This document shows, one piece after another, positions 49,618 to 59,215 of a stretch of 64,000 nt of DNA. The position numbers and the translations under genes were made by a program. Each line of letters starts with the position of its first letter. Positions within the stretch are counted from its first letter, which is position 1. The DNA lies in contig OZ244744.1 in the NCBI GenBank assembly GCA_965219455.1, positions 1,472,001 to 1,536,000 of the forward strand, read 5' to 3'. The DNA is from Candidatus Latescibacterota bacterium. GTDB lineage: Bacteria; Latescibacterota; UBA2968; GCA-2709665. The notes below the pieces were generated by a model that was given only the letters and a program-made list of their open reading frames with translations, did no database searches and was not told where the DNA came from.

Positions 49618-49871
49618 CCCCTTGTGCCAAAATACCACGAGACACCTCTTCGGCCGAATTTAGTGCAAATATATCGGACGGATTGGAGATAATGGCAAAA
49701 ATGCAATCTTTGGTTGTGGCGATCCGGCACGGGACCTCCAGGACCAGAAGGCCCCTTCCCGGCAAACCGGCTTATCTTCTTGCATCCAGATGAAAGAATC
49801 TACGTCGTCGCGTAACGTGCCCGGGGCAATCTGAGCCCAAATCTCTTGACTAACGGATACTTAATAGAAGG

Positions 49872-50066
49872 ATGAAGACACTTCAGGTTGACCCGATTAT
49901 CGCCGAAGTCCGGGCTATCCGGGAGGAACACGCAGCTCGGTTTGGCTACGACGTAAATGCGATATTCAAATATATTCGAGCCAGACAAGAGGCTTCCGGT
50001 CGCAAGTACGTTCGTTATTCTGCTCGCCGCATTTCCATTGAGTCGGAGAATCAGGGGTCCCGCTGA
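49872..50066 (+). CDS. Small helical protein of a family often adjacent to PIN toxins (orphan here)
   Basis: DPIIAEVRAIREEHAARFGYDV.AIF; RBS gaagg. Confidence 0.6.
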   Translation: MKTLQVDPIIAEVRAIREEHAARFGYDVNAIFKYIRARQEASGRKYVRYSARRISIESENQGSR

Positions 50067-50200
50067 GAGTAGGCATATATTTTGCTTATAATGAGACAAA
50101 ACAACGAGGGTTCGGACTTGCTATAACTGAGCGCGTAGCAGTGACAATACTGTGACGAGAGTTTTACTATTGCCCGTTGGCCAAAAAACAAAATCCGGAC

Positions 50201-50236
50201 TTGCGCTTTGGCTGCGGCTGCTGTTATAATATCTTA
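50201..50236 (+). promoter_or_regulatory. Extended -10 sigma70 promoter, probably giving a leaderless TIR transcript
   Basis: TTGCGC-18-TATAAT with TGn extension; ATG 6 nt after the -10 box. Confidence 0.55.
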
Positions 50237-51480
50237 TGGGGGTTGATGTGGCTGACTTAGCCCGTGCAATTTTGGCCGTACATGTGGTCTGGCATCCGAA
50301 TTACTCCGAAGGATCCGATATAGCCGAGTTGATTTTCGAGCACTTCCGCAGCAAGAGGTACAAAAACGTCTTGGGAAATGTAGATCTGAACGTTGCTTTC
50401 CATAGTGCCCCCGAGCCAAATACTGAAACACCTGCTGAAATCGATTTAAGCGAGGCGAAGGCGTCGGCGGTTGTCTTGTTGGCGGAGTCCGCGCTTGCAG
50501 CAGAATCTGCGTGGCGGAAATACGTGGACGGTTTGATCAATGACGCGAATGCAAGAGGATTTGGGGCACGCGTGTTCCCGGTGGCGGTGGAAGAAGCGGG
50601 TCTCGATGTTGGGTTCGACGTCCAGGCACTACGCTGGGATCGCTGGAAAGGAAATGATACGGAGCGAGCACAACGCCTCATCAGGGAACTCTCATACGAG
50701 TTCAGCCGGATGCTCAGACACTATATCGAGCATCTCAAACATCCGACAGAGGATGACGGGGATCTTGAGCGTTACCTGGAAAAGGTGCAGGTTTTCCTCA
50801 GCCATTCAAAACACGATGGTGATGGTGAGCGTATTGCCCGGGATATTCGCGATTGGTTGCATCAAAGCAGCGGTCTGTCGAGTTTTTTCGATATGGTTGA
50901 CATTCCCGCGGGGACACCGTTTCAAGAGGTCCTGGACCTGCATGTCAAACGGAGCGCACTTGTGGCCTTGCATACTGACTCCTACTCGTCCCGCGAGTGG
51001 TGTCGGCGAGAGATCATTGTAGCCAAACGGTGCAATGTTCCGATGATTGTGGTCAATTGCGTAAGAGACGTTGACGAGCGTGGCTTTCCGTACATGGGCA
51101 ACGTTCCCAATGTGCGTATGGATCCTGGTAAGACAGTACCGGATAAGACATCTCGGATTGAAAGAGTAATAGGCTGTTTACTCGACGAGGTGTTCAAAGA
51201 CTTTCTTTGGCGTTGCCGCATCGAACTCGCAAGTGGAGAGAACCCGGATGTCTTGTTCATGGCCAGACCTCCTGAGCTGGTCTCTCTAGCGAGCGAGTTG
51301 ATCTCTCTTGGGAGTGCGGAGTTGCGCTCTCTTGCGAAGTTGCCGACTCGTACGGATGTAATGGATCCCATGATCGTATATCCCGACCCTCCTCTGGGGG
51401 CTGAGGAGGAACAGCTATTTGAAAAAATCGCGCCGCACGTGCGGTTGCGAAATCTGACCCGGTGGCTTACGGAGGCATAA
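50236..51480 (+). CDS. TIR-domain protein with an additional N-terminal alpha/beta domain
   Basis: VFLSHSKHDG, FFDMVDI and YSSREWCRREI (catalytic Glu); C-terminal VYPDPPLG. Confidence 0.85.
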   Translation: MGVDVADLARAILAVHVVWHPNYSEGSDIAELIFEHFRSKRYKNVLGNVDLNVAFHSAPEPNTETPAEIDLSEAKASAVVLLAESALAAESAWRKYVDGLINDANARGFGARVFPVAVEEAGLDVGFDVQALRWDRWKGNDTERAQRLIRELSYEFSRMLRHYIEHLKHPTEDDGDLERYLEKVQVFLSHSKHDGDGERIARDIRDWLHQSSGLSSFFDMVDIPAGTPFQEVLDLHVKRSALVALHTDSYSSREWCRREIIVAKRCNVPMIVVNCVRDVDERGFPYMGNVPNVRMDPGKTVPDKTSRIERVIGCLLDEVFKDFLWRCRIELASGENPDVLFMARPPELVSLASELISLGSAELRSLAKLPTRTDVMDPMIVYPDPPLGAEEEQLFEKIAPHVRLRNLTRWLTEA

Positions 51481-51482
51481 CG

Positions 51483-52862
51483 ATGGCCTACATGCCAACG
51501 ATCGCCGGCAGCAAAGTGGCGATATCGATATCGGAAAGCCCGGACATGTCAGTGTTGGGGCTGAGCAACGCGCATCTGCGCGACGCCATGGACAGGCTTG
51601 CCCTTCACTTGCTCTCGTCCGGTGCTCGTCTCGCTTCCGGGGGCGATCTCCGGGCGTATGGCTTTACGGAATGGTTGTTTGAACTGGTAAGTCGCTACCG
51701 GCGCGAAACGAGCGAGGTTCAGATTGGCGTGACCAACTACCTTGCATGGCCGGTCCATATACGGATGGCAACAGACGAACTTGAAGCGATTTCCGCCGGC
51801 CTTGCCGACACCGGGGAGTTGGTCTGCCTCACGCAGGATGGCCACCACTTGGATCCCTCCGTGTGGAGCAAACGTCCGCTACATCAACCCACCAACGAGG
51901 AATGGGCCGCGGGGTTGACCGCCATGCGTCGCGTCGTGCGCAGAGCGACGCACGCCAGAGTCGTGCTGGGCGGCCGCGTCACCGGTTACAAGGGCGTCAT
52001 GCCAGGTATTGCGGAAGAGGCCCTGCTATCACTCCGGAAAAGACAGCCCCTGTTCCTGCTGGGCGGTTTCGGCGGCTGTACACGGGATATTGCGGAAACC
52101 CTTGGCCTGGTTGACCGTTGGGCAGGCTCCCGCCCAGTATGGCCGGGCCGTGAGAAATTCGAGGAGTTCTCTTCCGACTTGAGCAATGGGCTTTCAGAAG
52201 AAGAGAACGCCACCCTCGCCCGTACACCACATATCGACCAGGCGAACGTTCTGGTCCTTCGGGGGCTACATCGCCTTGGACTGCGAAAGGAAAGGGAGAT
52301 AAATCAGGCTAATAGACACAAAGCCTTCATCAGCTTTTGCCACGACGATCAGGAGTACAAAGACCTGTTTGTCCACATGATGGGAGATGACATTGTCGAT
52401 AAATCGGTCGAAGACGGCGACATAGACGACGACAACATCAAGACAGAAACCATTCGCCAGAAAATCCGCGACGATTTCATTGCAGATGCAACCGTGACAG
52501 TCGCGCTGATAGGCCCTCGCACCTGGCAACGGAAGCACGTGGATTGGGAGATCGGTTCCAGTCTGAGAGACACCAAAAAGAACCCCAGGTGCGGTCTGTT
52601 GGGCATCCTTCTCCCCAATCACCCGGATTTCGGGACAAAAACGTACAATCCGCGGCTGATACCGCCGAGGCTGGCGGATAACTGCGAGGGAGACGATTCC
52701 TACGCATGCATTTATGATTGGCCCGGCCAGCGGGCAACGGAACGCATTCGCCAATGGATCCATAGGGCATTTGAGAGAAGGAAGGGAACGCCGTCCGACA
52801 ACAGCCGGGTTCAATTCAAGCGCAATAGAACAGGTAGCTGTTCAGACGGATGGAGCGAATAG
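51483..52862 (+). CDS. SLOG (cluster-2-like) domain fused to ThsB/DUF1863-like TIR domain
   Basis: VAISISES, GGDLR..GFT, LTAMRR, ARVVLGG..GYKG.MPGIAEE and LLGGFGG; then HKAFISF..VTVALIG..VDWEI. Confidence 0.8.
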   Translation: MAYMPTIAGSKVAISISESPDMSVLGLSNAHLRDAMDRLALHLLSSGARLASGGDLRAYGFTEWLFELVSRYRRETSEVQIGVTNYLAWPVHIRMATDELEAISAGLADTGELVCLTQDGHHLDPSVWSKRPLHQPTNEEWAAGLTAMRRVVRRATHARVVLGGRVTGYKGVMPGIAEEALLSLRKRQPLFLLGGFGGCTRDIAETLGLVDRWAGSRPVWPGREKFEEFSSDLSNGLSEEENATLARTPHIDQANVLVLRGLHRLGLRKEREINQANRHKAFISFCHDDQEYKDLFVHMMGDDIVDKSVEDGDIDDDNIKTETIRQKIRDDFIADATVTVALIGPRTWQRKHVDWEIGSSLRDTKKNPRCGLLGILLPNHPDFGTKTYNPRLIPPRLADNCEGDDSYACIYDWPGQRATERIRQWIHRAFERRKGTPSDNSRVQFKRNRTGSCSDGWSE

Positions 52863-52993
52863 ACCGGTTCCAAAGAAGCTGGTTACAGGTTTAACATCAG
52901 CCTGCGATCAATTCATTTCAATCCTGCGACGTTTTGCGTTGCACTCGAACTGCGGCGCAATTGCAATGCATCGCCAGAAAGACGACGGCAACC

Positions 52994-53542
52994 ATAGCTA
53001 CTCCCAATCCTATCGTCAAGTTTACATACGAAGACTTCCGAAATACGCCGGAAGACAAGCGATACGAGCTTTTGGACGGAGAGTTGGTTACGGTCCCTAC
53101 GCCTGGAGAACTTCACCAGAGTGTTTCCGCCCAGTTTGGGTGGAGATTGGTTCAATTCGCATCCGAAAACAATTTGGGGCGGGTCTATCACGCTCCCTTT
53201 GACGTGGTGCTGTCGGATACGGACGTGGTGCAGCCCGACCTGCTCTTCGTCTCCAATGAGCGTACCCACATTATCACTCCAGAGAACATACAGGGTACAC
53301 CGGACCTGGTCGTCGAAGTCCTGTCGCCCTCCACGGCTACACGTGACAGGACATTCAAGCGCACCCTCTATGCCAGGCATGGCGTGAAAGAGTACTGGAT
53401 GGTGGACACCACCGCAATAGACGTAACGGTCCTGCTGCTTGGTAATCGAGGATTCGAGGTTGCGGACGTCTACGGCGAAGGGGAGGCGTTGACTTCGCCG
53501 ACGTTGCGAGGCTTCAGACTCAAGATCGACGATATATTCTAA
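52994..53542 (+). CDS. Uma2/DUF820 PD-(D/E)XK nuclease, likely start codon reads ATA (possible pseudogene)
   Basis: FTYEDF...RYELLDGEL, VQPDLLFV, PDLVVEVLSPST and GVKEYWMVD. Confidence 0.85.
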   Translation: MATPNPIVKFTYEDFRNTPEDKRYELLDGELVTVPTPGELHQSVSAQFGWRLVQFASENNLGRVYHAPFDVVLSDTDVVQPDLLFVSNERTHIITPENIQGTPDLVVEVLSPSTATRDRTFKRTLYARHGVKEYWMVDTTAIDVTVLLLGNRGFEVADVYGEGEALTSPTLRGFRLKIDDIF

Positions 53543-53727
53543 ACAGTCTGAGGTAATGTATCGGGGATTGAGCGACAAAAGGCTCAAGGGATGGTGAACG
53601 ACAAGGCGTAGGTGAATAGTCGCGCGTCTCTCGTCGATCCATTCAAAAAAGCTATTCGGTTGCAACTTCAACAGGAAAACCGAGGCGACGATGGCCTCGG
53701 TATCTTTTTGACTTCCAAGCAAGAACA

Positions 53728-53925
53728 TCAGATTACAAAAAAGCTCGCCTTTGGCCTGGGTTGGCTGACAGGCGTATCGTCAACCGGACGTCGAGACCCA
53801 TAAGTGTCTCCAAGTCGGTATTTCGCTTTTTTTGCCGGTGGGCATTGCGAAAACAACGCCTGGTTTTTCTCGAAAACCTCTCTTGCCTTGGGATTTTTCT
53901 CAATAAGCTCATTAATGTCTAACAT
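53728..53925 (-). CDS. Small basic hypothetical protein downstream of tcmP
   Basis: 65 aa with RBS ggggag; MLDINELIEKNPKAREVFEKN. Confidence 0.5.
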   Translation of the reverse strand: MLDINELIEKNPKAREVFEKNQALFSQCPPAKKAKYRLGDTYGSRRPVDDTPVSQPRPKASFFVI

Positions 53926-54021
53926 GTTTTGTTCTCCCCATCGTCTTCGATTGATTGTTTTTCGCATATGCACCAGTCGTCAAACCGCGAGATTTCGTCA
54001 AATGTTTTGGGAGCCTTGATT

Positions 54022-55284
54022 TTAAGTCGGACCTCTACGTGAATCTCCGAAAGTAAAGCGCATCTGGCTGGACATCACAATTCGGTCGACAGTTCTGAGT
54101 CTTTGCAACGTCGGCGAACGGACTTTACCGTTGGCGCCCAGAATCTCAATCTCGCCTTCGCGAAAAAGCTGCAGTACGATCGAATCGAGATCCGAATAAC
54201 GGGCAGCCGTTCTGTTTGCGAACCTGTGCCGCATCGCGTCAATCGTGACAGGTTCTTCGGATGCCAAACTGAAGAGCTCCCGGGGCATGTCATTCAGAAG
54301 CTGCGTGTGCATTTTATTTTGGTCCATTTCAGTAAAGCTAAAGAGCGGCATCGTTCCAGGATCCCTTAATGTGTCCCAACCCAGCATCCCGAAATCGCCA
54401 GAACCATAGTGTTCAAACGTATTCTGTATTTCCCAATGACGTTGAATCATAACGTCGCGTGCCGTCGGATGTTTTGACAGATGTAGAAACCACAAAGCGC
54501 GACGCGATTCTCTTGGACGTATGAAAAAGGGCGTATCGTAAGTCGCGCCCGTTACTAGACGAATGTGCTCGCGCAGCGTCCTTTGAGCGAGCGCTCTTCC
54601 TGTGTTGCCATTCTTGAGTTGAATCAAGTCGTATATCTGTGATTCAGTCAATTCAAGTGGCGCGACCATCTTGATCATTTCGGGCGTTAGTGAAAGATGA
54701 TTATAGAGGGCATCTGCGGCAAATGTCAAAATGACCTCAGCCGCCGGCAGTTCGCGCAGTATTTTGGCTACATTCATGAGTTGCACTTGCGAGAATCCGG
54801 TCTGGTCCAGAAGAAAGATCGCGCGACCGGCGCGAGGTTGGCGGTGCTTGATTGCGGTCAGGATGTTTTCGACCTCGTCTTCAAATGGGCTGTTAAGGAC
54901 AACGATTCTGGCATCATCCAACGCGTATTCTCGCTCCCTTAAGACCTTTCGAAGATGATCTGCGTGGGTCGCTTCTTTGTCGATGAAATAGCACTTACAA
55001 TCGAAACGCAGGGGCTTGGTGCGATTTTCGTTCAGCCTCTCCAGCGCCGCTTTGCTCTCTTCCAGCATAATCAGAGGCGTCCCTGAGACGATTTTTTCGC
55101 CATCCCGAAAGGTGCCACCCCCCGCAAAGCCATCGACAAGATCGATTTTGAATTCTGCGCGACTTGGATTGACATTCAGCCTGTCGAAATAGGCGCGAAG
55201 GTAGCTACGCAAAACATCCAGCTTCGCTTTGCTGTGTTCTTCAATAGAAGGTGGAGGTTCCTCAGGGTGCCAGTTGAAATTCAC
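54022..55284 (-). CDS. tcmP: Three-Cys-motif partner protein (SAM-binding fold plus wHTH)
   Basis: HSKAKLDVLRSYL, VDGFAGGG and FLLDQTG; overlaps the DUF5131 gene. Confidence 0.85.
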   Translation of the reverse strand: MNFNWHPEEPPPSIEEHSKAKLDVLRSYLRAYFDRLNVNPSRAEFKIDLVDGFAGGGTFRDGEKIVSGTPLIMLEESKAALERLNENRTKPLRFDCKCYFIDKEATHADHLRKVLREREYALDDARIVVLNSPFEDEVENILTAIKHRQPRAGRAIFLLDQTGFSQVQLMNVAKILRELPAAEVILTFAADALYNHLSLTPEMIKMVAPLELTESQIYDLIQLKNGNTGRALAQRTLREHIRLVTGATYDTPFFIRPRESRRALWFLHLSKHPTARDVMIQRHWEIQNTFEHYGSGDFGMLGWDTLRDPGTMPLFSFTEMDQNKMHTQLLNDMPRELFSLASEEPVTIDAMRHRFANRTAARYSDLDSIVLQLFREGEIEILGANGKVRSPTLQRLRTVDRIVMSSQMRFTFGDSRRGPT

Positions 55285-56023
55285 AGTTCGTCTCCGCTGT
55301 AGAGTAGACAGGCATGGCGTTGTACTCGATCCCTTTGAGGCGTCGCCCACCGGATTTTGAGGTCAGTCCGCCCCATTGCTTGAAGAAGAAATCGACCCCA
55401 TTCCGTTCGCAGATTTCCTTGACTTCGATTACCCAACATTCTTTCATGGGCCGAGCGTTTGGACCGCTCTCGCCGCCAACGATAACCCAGGATATCCCTT
55501 CCAGGTCGATTTCTCCCACAGGACCCAAAAGTGGTTCTATTGAAAGGAATCGAATCGGTACCGGTGCCTTCTGGAGGTGCCGGATTCTCGCGGTTGCGGT
55601 GTGGTCTTCGACGGAGACTCCGCACCAGATGTGTCGCGGTGCTGTTCCGTGCCCATATCTTCCCTGCAGATAATTCTGCATTAGTGAACTTCGTTTTGTC
55701 AGGACCTGAAAAATGTGACGGTCGGCATCCTCCATCGTTTCGAAGACGCGATCTATAAAATGTCTCGGAATCCTATTGTGAAACAGGTCACTCATCGAAT
55801 TCACAAATACTCTTCGCGGGCGTTTCCATGAAAGCGGTTGGGAAAGCCGCTCTGGTCGGAGCGTGAGCTCGAACCCGTTTTCGAATGGATGGCCCTTTAC
55901 GCCGCGAAACCTTTCGGCAATTCGCTCGGCGTAACAGTTGTCGCAGCCACGCGTGACTTTGGTGCAGCCGGTGACTGGATTCCACGTTGCGTCGGTCCAT
56001 TCAATCGCAGACTTGTCGGCCAT
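55262..56023 (-). CDS. DUF5131 / phage Gp37-Gp68 radical-SAM-like protein
   Basis: IEWTDATWNPVTGCTKVTRGCDNCYA, FVNSMSDLFH, WVIVGGESG and FFFKQWGG. Confidence 0.93.
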   Translation of the reverse strand: MADKSAIEWTDATWNPVTGCTKVTRGCDNCYAERIAERFRGVKGHPFENGFELTLRPERLSQPLSWKRPRRVFVNSMSDLFHNRIPRHFIDRVFETMEDADRHIFQVLTKRSSLMQNYLQGRYGHGTAPRHIWCGVSVEDHTATARIRHLQKAPVPIRFLSIEPLLGPVGEIDLEGISWVIVGGESGPNARPMKECWVIEVKEICERNGVDFFFKQWGGLTSKSGGRRLKGIEYNAMPVYSTAETNCEFQLAP

Positions 56024-56252
56024 CTGAACAATCCTCTATGGAGTGAAGTTTGTCAATTTGACCTTGCTGTTCCGTTTTGATCGTTCCGTACGCGCCGATA
56101 TTTCGTCAGACAATTCATACTCTGACTTGAGTGCGGAAATTTTGGGTAAGAGAAAGATCTGAAATTACATTAAAGACGATTGATTGTGATAGTTGCGAAC
56201 GCCAATCTCTGATGGATGTTTTCCTATTGGCTCGTTAATCGCATCGTGCAAT

Positions 56253-57395
56253 CTAACTGACGATTTCCTCCCGATGTGTCTTGTAGGATTCCTCGTAAAA
56301 GGTCAATATATCCACGTCCGGAACTTCGTCCGGCGCAAAGTGCCACCTTACAACGATCTTGTCGCCATCGACGGCGATCACTTTAAGGTCAAAGAAGACT
56401 TCCTGTTTTTCGAATGTATGGGATAGCACATCCCGCACAAGCTTCAGATCCGCCGGGAAAGCGGGCCCTTTTCTGGGCGCGGTGAGTTCCACATGCACAA
56501 ATTGCGGCGTCCGTTGCATCAATGAATCCGAACCGATTACGGGCGCCAGTATGCCGAGATTGTACTGAATTGTCCTGTCCTTGTGATCGTCGACAACAAT
56601 CTCCCCCGCCAGCGCACGGACGAGCACGCGTACGAAACGCACCAAACAGTCAATCTGGTTGCTGGTCAGCGCGAGGGTGGCGCCCGTCCTGACATTTGAA
56701 AGCGTCAATGTATCTCCGGATACGCAAAAGCTATTTCTGTGTACGACTTCGTCCCGGTAGGGCAGCAGTTCGCAATAAAGCGACCTCGCACAGGCGAAGA
56801 GACGGGCATGGCAATCGAAAAACGTCGGTAATTGGAGATCGTCTTCTTTTTTAAACAACTCCATCTTCGCCTCGGAATGACAAGGGATCTTTCGGATTTT
56901 GCCCAGCTCGCAATTCTCTTCAAATATCAACTCGAAGATCATCTCGAGCGCCTTGAAGGAAGCGACAAGAGTGAGGGGCATTACGGCATGCATTGGCGAT
57001 AAGTCACGAAAGACCTTCTCTTCGAGTTTCTTCTCCGATCGTGCCGGTAAATTCCAGGACTCCTCACCGCTCGTGACCCTGAGCACTGGAAATGTGTCGT
57101 TATTCCGGGCCATCTCGTAACGCTTTTCCAGAAAGCCAAGAAACCATCCCTCGTAATCCAGCTTGGCCCTAAACGGCGTGATCTGGGCGTCTGCCGTGTC
57201 CCTGGCTTTTAGTCCTGATCCTGTATTCTCGAGACGTTGTGCCGCCTCCGGCGTGTAAAGACGTTCCCCACATTTCAGGCACACGTCGGTCCGCATTCTT
57301 ACGGTCTCCCTTACAACGCCTCCTCGCAATCCCTTCTCGACTTCTCTTTCAACAATCTGGCCGCCACACACCGGACATCTGCCAAAGGACGCCAT
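56253..57395 (-). CDS. YgiT-type zinc finger fused to a large domain with an RX4H (HEPN-like) motif
   Basis: CPVCGG...VCLKCGERLYTPE; later YRDEVVH. Confidence 0.65.
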   Translation of the reverse strand: MASFGRCPVCGGQIVEREVEKGLRGGVVRETVRMRTDVCLKCGERLYTPEAAQRLENTGSGLKARDTADAQITPFRAKLDYEGWFLGFLEKRYEMARNNDTFPVLRVTSGEESWNLPARSEKKLEEKVFRDLSPMHAVMPLTLVASFKALEMIFELIFEENCELGKIRKIPCHSEAKMELFKKEDDLQLPTFFDCHARLFACARSLYCELLPYRDEVVHRNSFCVSGDTLTLSNVRTGATLALTSNQIDCLVRFVRVLVRALAGEIVVDDHKDRTIQYNLGILAPVIGSDSLMQRTPQFVHVELTAPRKGPAFPADLKLVRDVLSHTFEKQEVFFDLKVIAVDGDKIVVRWHFAPDEVPDVDILTFYEESYKTHREEIVS

Positions 57396-57510
57396 CAAAG
57401 GGTCCTCCTCGTTCGCCAATTGATCCAACGGATCGGATTCGGGCGATAAACGGTAATCAGTATTGCTCTTTGATTCTTCTCATTGTAAGTCCATCCATGT
57501 GGATATTTCT
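57394..57510 (-). pseudogene. 3' remnant of a DUF4258 toxin-like gene
   Basis: Minus strand reads WTYNEKNQRAILITVYRPNPIRWINWRTRRTL*; its stop overlaps the zinc-finger ATG. Confidence 0.7.
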
Positions 57511-57912
57511 TGGCAATCCCCGATGATACTGAACATAAGTATAGTATTTTCATCTTCCGGTGTCAAGGCGAGGTTGGACGAATTCGTTAGGTCTCGAAGC
57601 CTGGATCGACTGGGTGTTCGGTTCTTGCGCCTTTATCCTGTCCATCCTGCCTGCCTGTGCGTGTGGGACGCACGCAGACAGGTCCATCCATGTAAGTTTC
57701 TTCGGTCTTCGCGAAATCACCTCAATCACGATCTGATGTTTCGGGTTGACAGGGTCTATTTCCCGCCGTACTTTGCCAACTGCTCGCCTATTTTGGTCTA
57801 AATTACGGGCCCCCGTGTTGCGTCAGCCGTCCGGGACATGCCACGCCTGTAGAACGCATTTTGATTGCCTGGCAGGCGCTTAATACCGATGCCAGCTTAT
57901 AATGGAGAAGCC

Positions 57913-59199
57913 ATGATCCAACTCGCCACTTTCCAATCCGACGTGACGCCGCCGCTGGGCCATCCGCTTTGTGCGGGGTGGTATCCTCCGGCCAAAGGCA
58001 TCCTGGACCCGCTGGCTGCTCTGGGGTTGATTCTGGTGCCGGACGATCAATCGCCTCTGGTCCTGTGCGCCCTGGACTGGGCCGAATTGAGCAACGGCGA
58101 TTACGACCGCTGGCGCGAAGCACTGGCCGTGGCCGTGGGCACCGGGGCCGATCGGGTGGCCGTGCACTGCACCCACGCCCACGATACCCCCTGGCCCGAC
58201 CGCGATGCCCAGAACATTCTCGACGCCCACGGGCATCCCGACGTCATTATGGCTGGCGACTGGGCCGAAAAGGTGCGGACCCGGGCGGCGCAGGCAGCCG
58301 GCGAAGCCATGTCCAGACTGCAGCCCTGCACGCATCTTTCCGTGGGCGAGGCAAGGGTCGACCGGATTGCCTCCAATCGGCGGGTGATGGGGGCTGACGG
58401 CAAGGTGGCCGCCGTGCGCTGGACCAGGACTCCGAATCCAGACGTGCGCGCCGCGCCCGAGGGCGTGATCGACCCCATGCTCAAGACGATCGGCTATTAC
58501 CATCAGGATACGCCACTGGCCCTCGTACATTACTATGCCACACATCCAACCAGCATGGACGGCACGGGGCTGGTGACGCCCGAATTCGTCGGCCTGGCCC
58601 GCAACCGCCGCACGGAGGAAAGCGGGGTGCCGCACATCTACTTCACCGGCTGCGCGGGTAACGTCACCGCTGGAAAGTACAACGACGGCGTGGCCGACAA
58701 CCGTGAATTGTTCGCCGGGCGAATCCACAGGGCTATGTTGGAAGCGGAGCAGGGCAGTACGCGGCAACCCCTGGAGCGCGTGCGCTGGACGGTCGAGCCG
58801 GTTCGGCTGCCGCCGAGGGAGGATCTGGTCGAGGAAGACCTGCTGGCGGAAATCGCGTCGTCGGCCCCCGGGGCCAAAGGACACAGCAAAGCCGCCCTCA
58901 TGGTGACGTATCTGCGACGCCGCGAGCGGCCCATTCCCGTCACCTGCATCCATCTCAACGACCGGGTGGCGGTGGTGAATTTACCGGGCGAGATCTTTAT
59001 CGAATACCAGCTGCACGCCCATGCGAGCCGTCCGGACGCCTTTGTCGCCGTGGCGGGGTACGGAGATCTGGGCACCGGTTACATCACTATGGAGACATCC
59101 TTTGCCGAGGGTGGCTACGAGCCGGTGGACGCCTTCGTGTCCGGGCAGTCGGAAAAAATCGTTCGCGCCGCCATCGACACGGTCCTGCGGGCGGGTTGA
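57913..59199 (+). CDS. Neutral/alkaline ceramidase-like hydrolase
   Basis: DVTPPLG, CTHAHD, YATHP, GCAGNV, LPGEIF and EGGYE. Confidence 0.75.
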   Translation: MIQLATFQSDVTPPLGHPLCAGWYPPAKGILDPLAALGLILVPDDQSPLVLCALDWAELSNGDYDRWREALAVAVGTGADRVAVHCTHAHDTPWPDRDAQNILDAHGHPDVIMAGDWAEKVRTRAAQAAGEAMSRLQPCTHLSVGEARVDRIASNRRVMGADGKVAAVRWTRTPNPDVRAAPEGVIDPMLKTIGYYHQDTPLALVHYYATHPTSMDGTGLVTPEFVGLARNRRTEESGVPHIYFTGCAGNVTAGKYNDGVADNRELFAGRIHRAMLEAEQGSTRQPLERVRWTVEPVRLPPREDLVEEDLLAEIASSAPGAKGHSKAALMVTYLRRRERPIPVTCIHLNDRVAVVNLPGEIFIEYQLHAHASRPDAFVAVAGYGDLGTGYITMETSFAEGGYEPVDAFVSGQSEKIVRAAIDTVLRAG

Positions 59200-59215
59200 T
59201 GCAGAGGTCTGTCCG

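Noticed and set aside
28100-57540. Integron, prophage or ICE as the explanation for the island
   Set aside because: No integrase, transposase, attC-like sites, tRNA anchor, structural phage or conjugation genes seen; DUF5131 alone is not evidence of a prophage
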